64,000 nucleotides of DNA. It comes from a virus. The position numbers and the translations under genes are program-made. The notes under the pieces were generated by a model. That model was not told the origin of the DNA and made no database searches. It saw only the letters and a list, made by a program, of their open reading frames with translations. The DNA is taken from positions 56,337 through 120,336 of IMG/VR virus record IMGVR_UViG_3300035670_000049; one strand, written 5' to 3'. Positions 7,465-16,335 of the stretch are shown here, piece by piece (the first letter of the stretch is position 1; each line of letters begins with the position of its first letter).

Positions 7465-7509
7465 AAAGGGGCTAGTTAATCCAAGGGCAAGGATTGGCTA
7501 GCCCTTTTT
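7465..7509 (+). terminator. Intrinsic terminator
   Basis: GGGCTAG-TTAATCC/GGATTGG-CTAGCCC long stem with G-U pairs, followed by T-run. Confidence 0.75.
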
Positions 7510-7532
7510 ATTTCTTTTTAAGGACAATAATT

Positions 7533-7715
7533 GTGGAAGATGTAATAGAATTTACTATTCTTTCGAGAAAGGCACATAAAGCGAAGAAGGAACATATTTG
7601 TCACGCTTGTAAACAGCCTATTATGCCCGGAGAGAAGTACCTTAAAGAAGTAGCTATTATTGATGGAGACTTTAAAGAAATTAAATCTCATAGGAGCGAA
7701 CCTTATTTTGAGTAA
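7533..7715 (+). CDS. Small putative Zn-binding protein
   Basis: GTG start with AAGGA RBS; KAHKAKKEHICHAC..GEKY motif. Confidence 0.6.
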   Translation: MEDVIEFTILSRKAHKAKKEHICHACKQPIMPGEKYLKEVAIIDGDFKEIKSHRSEPYFE

Positions 7716-7929
7716 GCAGTTTATCACATACCGTGTAATGAAGCATTCTGATATTTTAAAATGCCCCAAAGTAATCCTTCTTCCAAGTCATTATCGAGAA
7801 GATGGCTCTTGCCTTTGTGACGTACCGACTTGTGAATGGGATTTTCCTTGTGAAAACTTAAAATATAAGGAGGAGATTTATTGCAAGCACCATCTAAAGG
7901 AGATGGGAGAATTTGACGATGAACTATAG
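7660..7929 (+). CDS. Cys-rich hypothetical protein (start uncertain)
   Basis: CP..ILLPSHYREDGSCLC and later Cys/His. Confidence 0.55.
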   Translation: MMETLKKLNLIGANLILSKQFITYRVMKHSDILKCPKVILLPSHYREDGSCLCDVPTCEWDFPCENLKYKEEIYCKHHLKEMGEFDDEL

Positions 7930-8182
7930 AATTAAAAAGGTTGATATTGGTAAAAATACTGAAGTAATCGGAGTTGACATGGGAACAACTCCGATTTTGT
8001 GGGCTTGGAATCGTAAATACGTAGTTATTAAACTACGCGGGCATTCCGCATGGACTGCTCGCTGGGAGACAGGCTACTTTGGAGCCTATTTCCAAGTATT
8101 AGAAATTATTGATCAAGACGAAACATATTGGAATTGCAAGGAAGTTATTGAAATTCCAGTTAGATTGGATAATAAGTCATGA
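7913..8182 (+). CDS. Hypothetical protein
   Basis: ORF in operon with GGAG RBS. Confidence 0.55.
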   Translation: MTMNYRIKKVDIGKNTEVIGVDMGTTPILWAWNRKYVVIKLRGHSAWTARWETGYFGAYFQVLEIIDQDETYWNCKEVIEIPVRLDNKS

Positions 8183-8448
8183 GTACAGGCGCTGACTGTA
8201 GTTTTTCAGAAACTAGTCCCGGTGTTTGGTATTATAAAATTCAACGCTGGCCTTATGGTGAATGGCCTGAATATGATAAGCATGGGCCTTTTAATTCCTT
8301 TAGCGCGGCTAGACAACATTTAGACGATAATTACGCTAATCCCGGTGGATGGTCTGTGTATCCTCATATTCCAGATCATATTCATGAATGGATTAAAGAT
8401 TGGGACGGTAAAAAATTCTTTTGTGACTCTTGCGGGGAAGAGAAATGA
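8179..8448 (+). CDS. Hypothetical phage protein
   Basis: ATGA overlaps at both ends; C-terminal CxxC. Confidence 0.65.
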   Translation: MSTGADCSFSETSPGVWYYKIQRWPYGEWPEYDKHGPFNSFSAARQHLDDNYANPGGWSVYPHIPDHIHEWIKDWDGKKFFCDSCGEEK

Positions 8449-8729
8449 GTATTTCAGAAGCCCGTAGACAGGCAAAACTACTAGAAGATTTAGCAGACGA
8501 GTATAGAGGAAATGGCTCAATAAGGGCTTTATCCCATGCGGTTAATGCTATTGTGGAGGCTCTTGCAGAGAATAAGCCTTATGATGGCACATTGAATAAT
8601 ATTCGTGTTCCTGTACCTATCTTGCGGCAATTAACTGTTGAGTTAGTGCAACAAGAGTTAGATGATGTGGGATTAGAGGATTTAATTGTCTCTATTCGCG
8701 CCCGTATCAGACACAAGCCCCAAGAATAA
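8445..8729 (+). CDS. Hypothetical protein
   Basis: Start MSISEA at 8445 (ATGA overlap). Confidence 0.6.
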   Translation: MSISEARRQAKLLEDLADEYRGNGSIRALSHAVNAIVEALAENKPYDGTLNNIRVPVPILRQLTVELVQQELDDVGLEDLIVSIRARIRHKPQE

Positions 8730-8737
8730 CTATGGGC

Positions 8738-8766
8738 TGGACAACAACAATTTTTTGTGCTATACT
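8738..8766 (+). promoter_or_regulatory. Sigma70-type promoter
   Basis: TGGACA-17 bp-TATACT with TG extension. Confidence 0.75.
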
Positions 8767-8805
8767 TGAAGCCGTCCGGTAGGGAAATCCAAGGAGGAAT
8801 TTTAC

Positions 8806-9069
8806 ATGCTAGATGCCCGCGCAGTTATGGCTTGTGGGCATATATCAAACTTTAGGTATACAGACAAAGATGGGAGTAAAATTCCCGTTTGTAGCGAATG
8901 TCTAAGGACTAAGCCAGAATTGGCAAAGACAGTCGTGAAATTAGCGGGCAGGGTTGCTCGTTGCAGAGTTTGCAAAAATCCTGCTCCCTCTTCTCCCGAC
9001 CTCTTTGATTTTCAGTTTAATACTCGGGGATCAATTGATTCCTATTATGACGGCTGCCAAGGATGGTAA
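8806..9069 (+). CDS. Small Zn-finger protein
   Basis: AAGGAGG RBS; CGH, CSEC, CRVC, YYDGCQGW. Confidence 0.7.
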   Translation: MLDARAVMACGHISNFRYTDKDGSKIPVCSECLRTKPELAKTVVKLAGRVARCRVCKNPAPSSPDLFDFQFNTRGSIDSYYDGCQGW

Positions 9070-9236
9070 ATAAATATACCCGATGTAGATGTACCAAATG
9101 TGCGTGTAATATGACTATTCTTTCATGGTCAACGACAAATAAGGAGGGTCTATGTTCTTTCTGCTCTAAGGATTTACACTACAAAGGTCCACACTTTACA
9201 GGAAAGAAAGATGGCATTAGCGACCGCACCCAATAA
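9063..9236 (+). CDS. 57-aa Zn-ribbon protein (absent from ORF track)
   Basis: MVNKYTRCRCTKCAC...CSFC...; fills an otherwise empty gap. Confidence 0.5.
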   Translation: MVNKYTRCRCTKCACNMTILSWSTTNKEGLCSFCSKDLHYKGPHFTGKKDGISDRTQ

Positions 9237-10116
9237 GGGTTATTTGCGCTCTACCTTCTTTGCACGGCAAGAGCGTGAAATCGAAATCCTCGATAAACTC
9301 TATGGGTTTATGCCCATTGGAGTCGAACAAGTTTTCAGTGCAGAAAAGTTAGGACAAGCGTTTGGACTTTCTCTGCCAGTAATGTCTAGGTTTGCCTCTG
9401 ATCTTGAAGAGGCGGGCATCCTTTTCCGTCGAATGGAGTATAATGCTCTAATTGATGGTGAAAGGCGTTCAGGAAGAACATTTTTCTGGACGCTAATGGT
9501 TAACAAGGCTGATGCTCATAAAAGACTGATTGCTCTGCAAGAGAAGCAGCAAAAGGATTATAACCATCCTCCTGCTCCGCGAGGCACTTCTCTAAAAAGA
9601 AGGGTGCTGGCAGCAGTAACAACCTATGAAAAATTCGATACTATTGATGAGTTGTTTGTCAAGGTACGACGCGGCTCTGAAAATATTGATCGACATAATC
9701 TAACGCACGTTATGGAATCTCTTGCGCGAGAGGGTAAAATTTCCTTTGAGCGCAAGAGTACAAAAGAGCGAATTCCTTACAATATTCGTTCCACTAAGTA
9801 CAACAAGAAAGACGTGTTCTCTAAGGAACCCGTTACAGTTGAAGAAGTTGTAGCAGACGCTCTTCCAGAATTGCCTGAAGAGTCATATATGCCCCCAACA
9901 ATTAGCGAAGGTTTTCCTCTAATCTTGAAACTCCTTCAGCGCCAAGAATGGCTTGAGAAGGCGGCTAAACTTGCAGAGGAAGCCTCAGAAGAAGATATTG
10001 CTATCATGCTCCAAGAGCGTGCTAGCAAGCCTATGACGGCATTCGAAGCAGAAGCCGTAGCACTTTACAAGGCTTATATGGCTTGTAGAGAGTCTAGACC
10101 TCTAATCTTGGATTAA
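9211..10116 (+). CDS. Protein with probable winged-helix DNA-binding domain(s)
   Basis: SAEKLGQAFGLSLPVMSRFASDLEEAGIL pattern; second possible wHTH near NLTHVMESLAREGKI. Confidence 0.6.
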   Translation: MALATAPNKGYLRSTFFARQEREIEILDKLYGFMPIGVEQVFSAEKLGQAFGLSLPVMSRFASDLEEAGILFRRMEYNALIDGERRSGRTFFWTLMVNKADAHKRLIALQEKQQKDYNHPPAPRGTSLKRRVLAAVTTYEKFDTIDELFVKVRRGSENIDRHNLTHVMESLAREGKISFERKSTKERIPYNIRSTKYNKKDVFSKEPVTVEEVVADALPELPEESYMPPTISEGFPLILKLLQRQEWLEKAAKLAEEASEEDIAIMLQERASKPMTAFEAEAVALYKAYMACRESRPLILD

Positions 10117-10244
10117 AAGAATATCTCCGGTTCGGCTAGTGATATCTATTGACAGGCAGATAGATTCTGAGAGTAATCTCTAACCCGCCGACGTAAGTAT
10201 TGGCTAGGTGTGTTGGTGCCAGCAAGCCGGAATCAACCTAATGT

Positions 10245-11045
10245 TTGGAGAAAGGAATGAATGAGAATTTGACCCAAGATCAAGCAGAGAGCATTATCTC
10301 AAAAATCAAGAAATTGATGGCTCTATCTAAGTCATCAAATGAGAATGAGTCTGCTGCTGCTGCTGCTAAGGCGCAGGAATTGCTCCTTAAGTACAATGTG
10401 GAAATGTCTCAAATCAGTAATACTGAAGTAGAGACAAAGCTTCTAAACGAGTTTTTTGAACTCTTTGATAAGAATGAGATTCGTTGGAAGTTGCATCTTG
10501 CACATTCTTGCGCCAAGGCAAATCTCTGTTTTGGTGTATCCTCTGGAAAGGGAATTTACTTCCTAGGTAGGAAGCATAATATCGAAATTGCTCAGTATAT
10601 GTATGAAACTACTGCTAATGACCTAGAAAGAATTGCAGAAGAGAAATGGCAGCAGATTCTACATCTACGTGATCTACAGGCACAATTTCCCCAAGTACAT
10701 TTGTTCTCGGACCCAAGTTTGGAAGTTGTACACGGTAAAACGTGGAAAGCCTCTTTCTATGTAGGGGCTGTTAAAACGATCCGAGAAAGGCTTGAAGAAA
10801 ATCTTAATGAACTAACCATTAATAATGATAATATGATGGCTCTGGTAACGACTGAGAAGCAACAACTAAAAGTTTTTGTGGATCAGCAGTTTCCGCGTCT
10901 TACAAACGGACAGGCGATGCGATACAATTATCGCAATGCGTTTGAATCAGGCCGTAGGGCTGGACAGGACATTCAATTCCGGCGCGGTGTGGGTGCAGGG
11001 GGCTCATATAGCGGCGGAAATCTTTTAGGAGAGGGGAAAAAATAG
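10245..11045 (+). CDS. DUF2786-domain protein (likely start 10257)
   Basis: KIKKLMALS.S.NENESAAAAAKAQELLLKY N-terminal signature. Confidence 0.8.
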   Translation: MEKGMNENLTQDQAESIISKIKKLMALSKSSNENESAAAAAKAQELLLKYNVEMSQISNTEVETKLLNEFFELFDKNEIRWKLHLAHSCAKANLCFGVSSGKGIYFLGRKHNIEIAQYMYETTANDLERIAEEKWQQILHLRDLQAQFPQVHLFSDPSLEVVHGKTWKASFYVGAVKTIRERLEENLNELTINNDNMMALVTTEKQQLKVFVDQQFPRLTNGQAMRYNYRNAFESGRRAGQDIQFRRGVGAGGSYSGGNLLGEGKK

Positions 11046-11052
11046 TTACCTA

Positions 11053-11081
11053 TTGACTTTTTAATAAAAGTATGGTAAGAT
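11053..11081 (+). promoter_or_regulatory. Sigma70-type promoter
   Basis: TTGACT-17 bp-TAAGAT with TG extension. Confidence 0.75.
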
Positions 11082-11101
11082 GACAGTATCAGGAGCATCT
11101 A

Positions 11102-11374
11102 ATGCGCACATATTATGACGTAATCAACGGACCAGACCTGTTCGAATACATTAAATCCTTCAACCCTGACCTTGCTTCAAGGATTGATCCGTTTGGCAAG
11201 AGTGTTGTGGCGTTTAGTCTCGTCAATACCACAGATGACAGTATCAGAACACTCATGATGATTAAACTCGTTAATCAGGAGAAGCCTTACGAGACTATTA
11301 TTACATTTCCGATGGACCTATATCAGAAAATCACTAGGAAAGTATGGGCTGATAATGGTACGACACCAAACTAA
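11102..11374 (+). CDS. Hypothetical protein
   Basis: AGGAG RBS; first ORF after promoter. Confidence 0.65.
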   Translation: MRTYYDVINGPDLFEYIKSFNPDLASRIDPFGKSVVAFSLVNTTDDSIRTLMMIKLVNQEKPYETIITFPMDLYQKITRKVWADNGTTPN

Positions 11375-11537
11375 TCATCGGGGCGTCCCTCCCAATTGTC
11401 CCGCTTGTGCGATTGAGAAAGAATTTGATCGTGCAATAAAAATGGAGAGAAAGGTTCTAAGGGTTGCAAAGCCTAGAAACACTCAAAGAGGGAACCCCGG
11501 TAAAGGTGTCAGCGCCGTCAAATTTTCAGGGGTTTAA
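11355..11537 (+). CDS. Possible small protein (CxxC)
   Basis: Short ORF overlapping both neighbours. Confidence 0.4.
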   Translation: MVRHQTNHRGVPPNCPACAIEKEFDRAIKMERKVLRVAKPRNTQRGNPGKGVSAVKFSGV

Positions 11538-11673
11538 ATTAGGCTTTTTTCTCAAACGGTGTAAAAAAGATGGAGGCTATATTGTCTATTTGACGGGCGA
11601 TGACCTACCATATCGGGAGGTTTGCATTGTATTGGAAAATGGAGATACCATTATCCCCATTATAAAAGGATAA
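11464..11673 (+). CDS. Hypothetical protein
   Basis: ORF ending 5 nt before the ruvB-like start. Confidence 0.5.
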   Translation: MQSLETLKEGTPVKVSAPSNFQGFKLGFFLKRCKKDGGYIVYLTGDDLPYREVCIVLENGDTIIPIIKG

Positions 11674-11678
11674 TTCCC

Positions 11679-12518
11679 TTGTCTGCAAATCTGGAGATTT
11701 TTAGTCCCAAAAATTTTGATGAGTACATCGGACAGGATAGGGCAAAGAAAATTGCCAAGGTGATGCTTTCTGCTTCCTCGATGGAGAGAAGGCCCCTACC
11801 AAACATCCTGATTGATGGATCATATGGACTAGGTAAAACCTCTCTTGCGAAAGTTATCTTTAATGAGTTAAAGATTAAGCCCCGCATTATCGATGCATCA
11901 GCGCTTAACAAGATTATCCCACCTATCCTGACTCGTCAGGCTGCGATTATTGACGAGATTCATAACCTTGACCCACAAGTAGCGGACACACTAAATATCC
12001 TGATTGACGAAGGCAAACTTAGTATTATTGGATGCACTACCAATCCGGGTATGCTTCCTGCGCCCTTTAGATCACGATTTAGAAACGTCCATCTTGATCC
12101 TTACACTCAGGACCAGATCAGTAAAATTCTCAGGCTTGCACTTGACCGAAAACTTGTACCGGCACCCGATAGACTAGTCTCAGAGATTTCAAAACGCTCC
12201 AGATTAAATCCCCGCGTTGGATTAAATTATCTGGCGTTTATCTTTGATATAATGACAGTCAGGCATGAAAGCACATTGAGTGAAAGAACAATTAAGGAGG
12301 CGTTTCAAACATTAGGAGTGGATAATAAGGGATTCATTGATCGAGATTATAAGTACATGGAAGCCCTACAGGAAGAACGCCCCGTAGGATTGCAGTATCT
12401 ATCGGCCATGATTGGCGTAGATGCTAAAACTATTGAAACAGAAATTGAACCCTATCTTCTTCAAACTGGGCACATTGATCGAATGCCTAGAGGTAGAATT
12501 AAATTGAAGGAAATTTGA
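11679..12518 (+). CDS. ruvB: RuvB-like Holliday-junction branch-migration AAA+ ATPase
   Basis: P.NFDEYIGQ, Walker A GSYGLGKTS, Walker B IIDEIH, GCTT..GML..P.RSRF, C-terminal PVGL...IEPYLLQ.G.I.R.PRGR; TTG start behind AAAGGA. Confidence 0.92.
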   Translation: MSANLEIFSPKNFDEYIGQDRAKKIAKVMLSASSMERRPLPNILIDGSYGLGKTSLAKVIFNELKIKPRIIDASALNKIIPPILTRQAAIIDEIHNLDPQVADTLNILIDEGKLSIIGCTTNPGMLPAPFRSRFRNVHLDPYTQDQISKILRLALDRKLVPAPDRLVSEISKRSRLNPRVGLNYLAFIFDIMTVRHESTLSERTIKEAFQTLGVDNKGFIDRDYKYMEALQEERPVGLQYLSAMIGVDAKTIETEIEPYLLQTGHIDRMPRGRIKLKEI

Positions 12519-13114
12519 TGACTACTATAATTGAGCGTTCTACATCTAGGGGGGATATGCAAGATAAACTAAGAGCAGCGCTCTTAGCCTATGGATACAA
12601 GGAAATTTATCTTAGTATCGATGATTTAATTGGTAAAACAGGGCTAACTTACTCTCAAATTTATCAAACTCTTTACAGACTACAGAAAATGGGGGAGTTG
12701 GACATTCTGCGGGAGCAGGATGAAAATGGCAGATACAAGGTTTCTGGAGTAAAACTAAACAAATCAGAGCCTTCTGAGGTCATTACTGAGAGAATTCAAG
12801 ATCGAGAAATCACCAAGCAGACTAGCCGGGACTTAAATAAAGTGGCTATCAGTGTTCCACATACACTAGAGTATATCAATCGAAAACTTGCTGTAGAGCG
12901 TGCCAGAGAAGAGGTAGTAAAAGCACATATCGATCCTGATGATGTGATCACGTTTACTCCTGACCCAATGGGAGAAGAGGCAGTTTTCCTGTTCTCCAAA
13001 CTACAGGAAGCCATCGAAATCAACCGGAGCCTTAACTTTGATTTAGAAGCAGAGAAACGAAACGTTGCCTATCTAAAGCAAAGTACGAGGACATTTGATG
13101 ACTCGGGAACCTAA
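12515..13114 (+). CDS. Probable winged-helix protein with C-terminal coiled coil
   Basis: SIDDLIGKTGLTYSQIYQTLYRLQKMGEL; start overlaps ruvB stop. Confidence 0.6.
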   Translation: MMTTIIERSTSRGDMQDKLRAALLAYGYKEIYLSIDDLIGKTGLTYSQIYQTLYRLQKMGELDILREQDENGRYKVSGVKLNKSEPSEVITERIQDREITKQTSRDLNKVAISVPHTLEYINRKLAVERAREEVVKAHIDPDDVITFTPDPMGEEAVFLFSKLQEAIEINRSLNFDLEAEKRNVAYLKQSTRTFDDSGT

Positions 13115-13343
13115 TAAATTCCAGATTCAACTAGTAGATACCACGCATTACCATGAACCCTGTGTTAAATGCGTGGAAGAAATTTTTGCCAAGGATGATC
13201 CAGAACACGTTATTGTATGGCCCGCAGGAAGTCCTGCACCTTGGCACTTCCATACCGTATGCTACGGAGATGTAGTAGCAGGGATGGTTGAATTCTTTAA
13301 AGTCTTTATTATTGAGCAATCTAAAACAAGGATTCTACAATGA
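13095..13343 (+). CDS. Hypothetical protein (HxPCxxC...HxxC)
   Basis: ORF in operon. Confidence 0.55.
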   Translation: MMTREPNKFQIQLVDTTHYHEPCVKCVEEIFAKDDPEHVIVWPAGSPAPWHFHTVCYGDVVAGMVEFFKVFIIEQSKTRILQ

Positions 13344-13564
13344 TTATTGTACCCGAAGAGGGACGACCACTAAAACCTACAAGCGCTTCTAGGCTTGTGG
13401 GTATTGATGGGAATGCGTTCTCGGTTATGTATAAGACCGAAGACTTGCTTCGTAAAGCAGGAGCATCACCAGAGTATATTGATGCCTATGCTAAAGAGGC
13501 AATGTCTGGAGATTATAATCATCTACTTCAAACCTCTATAGCATATCTTGATCCCAATGACTGA
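13340..13564 (+). CDS. Small conserved-looking phage protein
   Basis: LVGIDGNAFSVM...LRKAG...EAMSGDYNHLL pattern recalled from mobile elements; function unknown. Confidence 0.7.
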   Translation: MIIVPEEGRPLKPTSASRLVGIDGNAFSVMYKTEDLLRKAGASPEYIDAYAKEAMSGDYNHLLQTSIAYLDPND

Positions 13565-13751
13565 AGAACAGTGGTTTGTTACTTGCGCCCGATGCAAACG
13601 CACCATTAAGGGTGAACGTTCTCGCCTTATGTGGGGCAGATTAGATGGAGTAACAGCAGGAACATACCGTTTGTGCGGTCCTATGCTCCAAAAGAAGTGT
13701 GATAGATTGTACAACGAGGAACAGCGTGAGAAAACTCGATCTGGACAATGA
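13548..13751 (+). CDS. Small CxxC-containing protein
   Basis: CARC; likely start 13557. Confidence 0.55.
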   Translation: MIPMTEEQWFVTCARCKRTIKGERSRLMWGRLDGVTAGTYRLCGPMLQKKCDRLYNEEQREKTRSGQ

Positions 13752-13980
13752 ATTTCAACGCATAGGTTATGCTAATCTTTTAGCCTTAGTTACTATGCTG
13801 AAAGAAGAACGTCTTCGACAAGGTTTAACCCAAGCCCAAGTAGCAGCACTCTCGGGAATTTCTATCTCTACTATTTCCAAATATGAGAGAGGAATTTTTC
13901 CAACGAGAGTTGTATGGCTGGCTGCATACTTTGCCTTCCTAGACCTTAGACTTACCATCACTTTTAAAGATGCCTCATAA
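13699..13980 (+). CDS. XRE-family HTH transcriptional regulator
   Basis: LKEERLRQGLTQAQVAALSGISISTISKYERG. Confidence 0.88.
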   Translation: MIDCTTRNSVRKLDLDNEFQRIGYANLLALVTMLKEERLRQGLTQAQVAALSGISISTISKYERGIFPTRVVWLAAYFAFLDLRLTITFKDAS

Positions 13981-14377
13981 AGACATTGAAAAGAGGCGTG
14001 AATACCAGCGTAATTACTGGAGGAAAAGGAATAAGGGAGTTGTAACAAGACTGCCCAATGCTAACTTCGATCAATTTCCCTACCGTGTTGTGCCAGATAC
14101 TTGGAGAGCCCGTGTAAAGGCTAGGGATGCCTACAACACAGTAGGAGTCCATTCTCCTATCCTCAAGGATTTAATTGAAGGCAAGACAGTTTTTGTAGAC
14201 TATCAGATGCCGCTAGGACAAAAGGATAATCCTTTTAGAACACTCTATGGTTTCTTCAATGCCCGAGGTTATCGTCTACACATCCATGTTTTAGATGATG
14301 TAGTGAAAGCAGAATATCGAAGAGTTTTAATCTGGGCTGATCCTCCTATGGAAGCACGAAAGAGTAAGAGTGCATAG
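13970..14377 (+). CDS. Hypothetical basic protein
   Basis: 135-aa ORF in operon. Confidence 0.6.
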   Translation: MPHKDIEKRREYQRNYWRKRNKGVVTRLPNANFDQFPYRVVPDTWRARVKARDAYNTVGVHSPILKDLIEGKTVFVDYQMPLGQKDNPFRTLYGFFNARGYRLHIHVLDDVVKAEYRRVLIWADPPMEARKSKSA

Positions 14378-14629
14378 ATGGAAATTAGTAAACACCGATG
14401 GTCAGGGTGGCCGGGGGCTTGGTGCCTTGATTGCGGCATTGCTGATCCTATAGAAGAATGTGTCGCTACTCATGATATAGAATTTGGATTATGCGAGGAC
14501 CATAAACAAATTCCTTGCCCCGAACCTCACTCTCATCGCTTTGATCCCTATTATCGAGAGCCAATAGAAGTTTATGGTACACCAGAGCATGAGATGTGGC
14601 TAATAGAAATGGAGCAACGGGAGGGTTAG
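14378..14629 (+). CDS. Cys/His-rich hypothetical protein
   Basis: WCLDCG..ECV...C..C.. Confidence 0.6.
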   Translation: MEISKHRWSGWPGAWCLDCGIADPIEECVATHDIEFGLCEDHKQIPCPEPHSHRFDPYYREPIEVYGTPEHEMWLIEMEQREG

Positions 14630-14698
14630 ATGGAAATTCTTATGTTAGGATTAGCAATGTATCTTGCGTACTTGATTGTTTATAAATCACGACAATAA
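14630..14698 (+). CDS. 22-aa hydrophobic peptide (absent from ORF track)
   Basis: MEILMLGLAMYLAYLIVYKSRQ; GGAGG RBS; abuts upstream stop and downstream terminator. Confidence 0.5.
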   Translation: MEILMLGLAMYLAYLIVYKSRQ

Positions 14699-14733
14699 AA
14701 AATATAGGGCAGCATCTCTGCTGCCCTATTTTT
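14699..14733. terminator. Bidirectional intrinsic terminator between convergent arms
   Basis: ATAGGGCAGCA-TCTC-TGCTGCCCTAT 11-bp stem flanked by A-run and T-run. Confidence 0.9.
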
Positions 14734-14789
14734 ATGCCCAAATTCCTCTTCTTAAAAACTTGGAATTTTCTTCCCCCAAAAAATTTTAG

Positions 14790-15131
14790 TTAATCCAATT
14801 CACTAACTGGTGTATCTAAAATGCCAGTTGAGGTAAGTTTAGACTTCACGTTCTTATTTATTCTTAATGCTTCTGAATGTAATTCAGAAACTGCTGAAAG
14901 AACAACAAGAAGTTTCTCATGCCGGTCTACATAGACTTGTATCTGCCGTAGAGAGTTGGCATTTGTATTTGTTACTGCTTTAACCTCATCAAATATATCG
15001 ATGATACTTTCGATTGTTTCTCTCCAACTATCCATCTCTTTCTTGTAACGATACGCTTGACTAGCCTCGACAAGTAACAGAACAGATGTTGCAATTAAAC
15101 CAAGGGCAAGAATAAGTGTGAGTATCTCCAT
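14790..15131 (-). CDS. Membrane-anchored coiled-coil protein
   Basis: N-terminal hydrophobic helix then heptad-like region. Confidence 0.65.
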   Translation of the reverse strand: MEILTLILALGLIATSVLLLVEASQAYRYKKEMDSWRETIESIIDIFDEVKAVTNTNANSLRQIQVYVDRHEKLLVVLSAVSELHSEALRINKNVKSKLTSTGILDTPVSELD

Positions 15132-15695
15132 TTATGGCTTCCAAATCTTCGGTGGTCTAAGTAATCCTCGCTTCACCATCTCAACACGAAGGCGCATATG
15201 ATCGTAAACGTCGCTTGTAACGCGTTGCTCGGTGCGTCTGAGCCCTTCAGGGATCAGGCGATTGGCAAGACGCCATGAGTGCTGGCTCATATGATACTTT
15301 GATCCGACCCCAAATAAATCAAGGAGATATTCCTGTGATGCAGGAATACTACCTCGCTTTTTCAGGTCAGCGTAGGTGTCCTGTACTGTCTTGGGTCCTA
15401 GTTGTGGCAAACCTAACTCTAGCATCGCCCCGTTAATGTTGGGAAGATCAAATGATTTAAGGTTGTGCCCTGTTAGTATGTCAGCCTTGTCATAGTCAAT
15501 GGAGAATGCCTTAAGCATCTCAACTGGATCATCTCTGCCAAGTAACCACACTTGCATTGTTGCAAGGCTATCATCAAAACACCAAGCCATAGCAGTTATC
15601 TCTGCTGTTGGACTCATCCCCCTAAACGTGAGAGGACGGGTTTCTATATCCAGATCAAGTATCTTTAGTCTAGTTGTCTTTTGTGTTAATAACAT
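15132..15695 (-). CDS. DEDD/RNase H-fold 3'-5' exonuclease
   Basis: LDIET (ExoI), GHNLKSFDLP (ExoII), late Asp in SDVYD. Confidence 0.82.
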   Translation of the reverse strand: MLLTQKTTRLKILDLDIETRPLTFRGMSPTAEITAMAWCFDDSLATMQVWLLGRDDPVEMLKAFSIDYDKADILTGHNLKSFDLPNINGAMLELGLPQLGPKTVQDTYADLKKRGSIPASQEYLLDLFGVGSKYHMSQHSWRLANRLIPEGLRRTEQRVTSDVYDHMRLRVEMVKRGLLRPPKIWKP

Positions 15696-15885
15696 TTAAT
15701 ACCTCTGGTAAATCGAGCGTCTTTAATTCGCCATTCTGAAGGGACAATTCAAACTCGTTTAAACTGTCTGGTAAAATATCATTCAGTTCACGGTTGGCAA
15801 GTAGTCGATACTTTAGACGTGTAATGGTGCGAATAATCTCAGAGCGCTCTGCCCTTGCCATATCAATTTCAGACTTCTTCTGCAT
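15670..15885 (-). CDS. Hypothetical protein
   Basis: ORF in operon. Confidence 0.5.
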   Translation of the reverse strand: MQKKSEIDMARAERSEIIRTITRLKYRLLANRELNDILPDSLNEFELSLQNGELKTLDLPEVLNVINTKDN

Positions 15886-16105
15886 GTATAACCCTTTCTA
15901 TCTCACTTAATTTTGCACTAAGGTTTTTAATGAGTTCCCTATCCCGTTTAATAGCCTTCCTAAATCTGTAGGTAGATTGGGTAATATAAACCTTACAGAT
16001 TTTACACTGTCTATTAGAGGCTTGGCTATTTGGGAGTGTTAAATCGTGTCCTCTCTTACAAACTACAGCCTTTACAAACTGTCCCTTTAAATTACGAGTC
16101 TGCAA
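15869..16105 (-). CDS. Small Zn-finger protein (CKRGH...CKIC)
   Basis: CKRGH..N..R.CKIC motif. Confidence 0.55.
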   Translation of the reverse strand: MQTRNLKGQFVKAVVCKRGHDLTLPNSQASNRQCKICKVYITQSTYRFRKAIKRDRELIKNLSAKLSEIERVIHAEEV

Positions 16106-16116
16106 GGATCACCTTC

Positions 16117-16332
16117 CTAGTATCTACGGCTATATTCATTGTCCATAATTGAATCTAACGACGTATTATCAAACTCCCTATTTACTCTGCGCCGCTCTCG
16201 CTGCGCCTCATTCTTTAATGCACGAACCCAAGGCTTCTTATCAATAATATCTTCCTTGTATTCTCCGTAGTGATGCTTACAAAATTCCAGTGAGCCACTT
16301 GTTGGACGCTCACAAATAATGCACCGAGCCAT
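16117..16332 (-). CDS. Small Zn-finger protein
   Basis: CIIC...CKHH. Confidence 0.6.
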   Translation of the reverse strand: MARCIICERPTSGSLEFCKHHYGEYKEDIIDKKPWVRALKNEAQRERRRVNREFDNTSLDSIMDNEYSRRY

Positions 16333-16335
16333 AAA

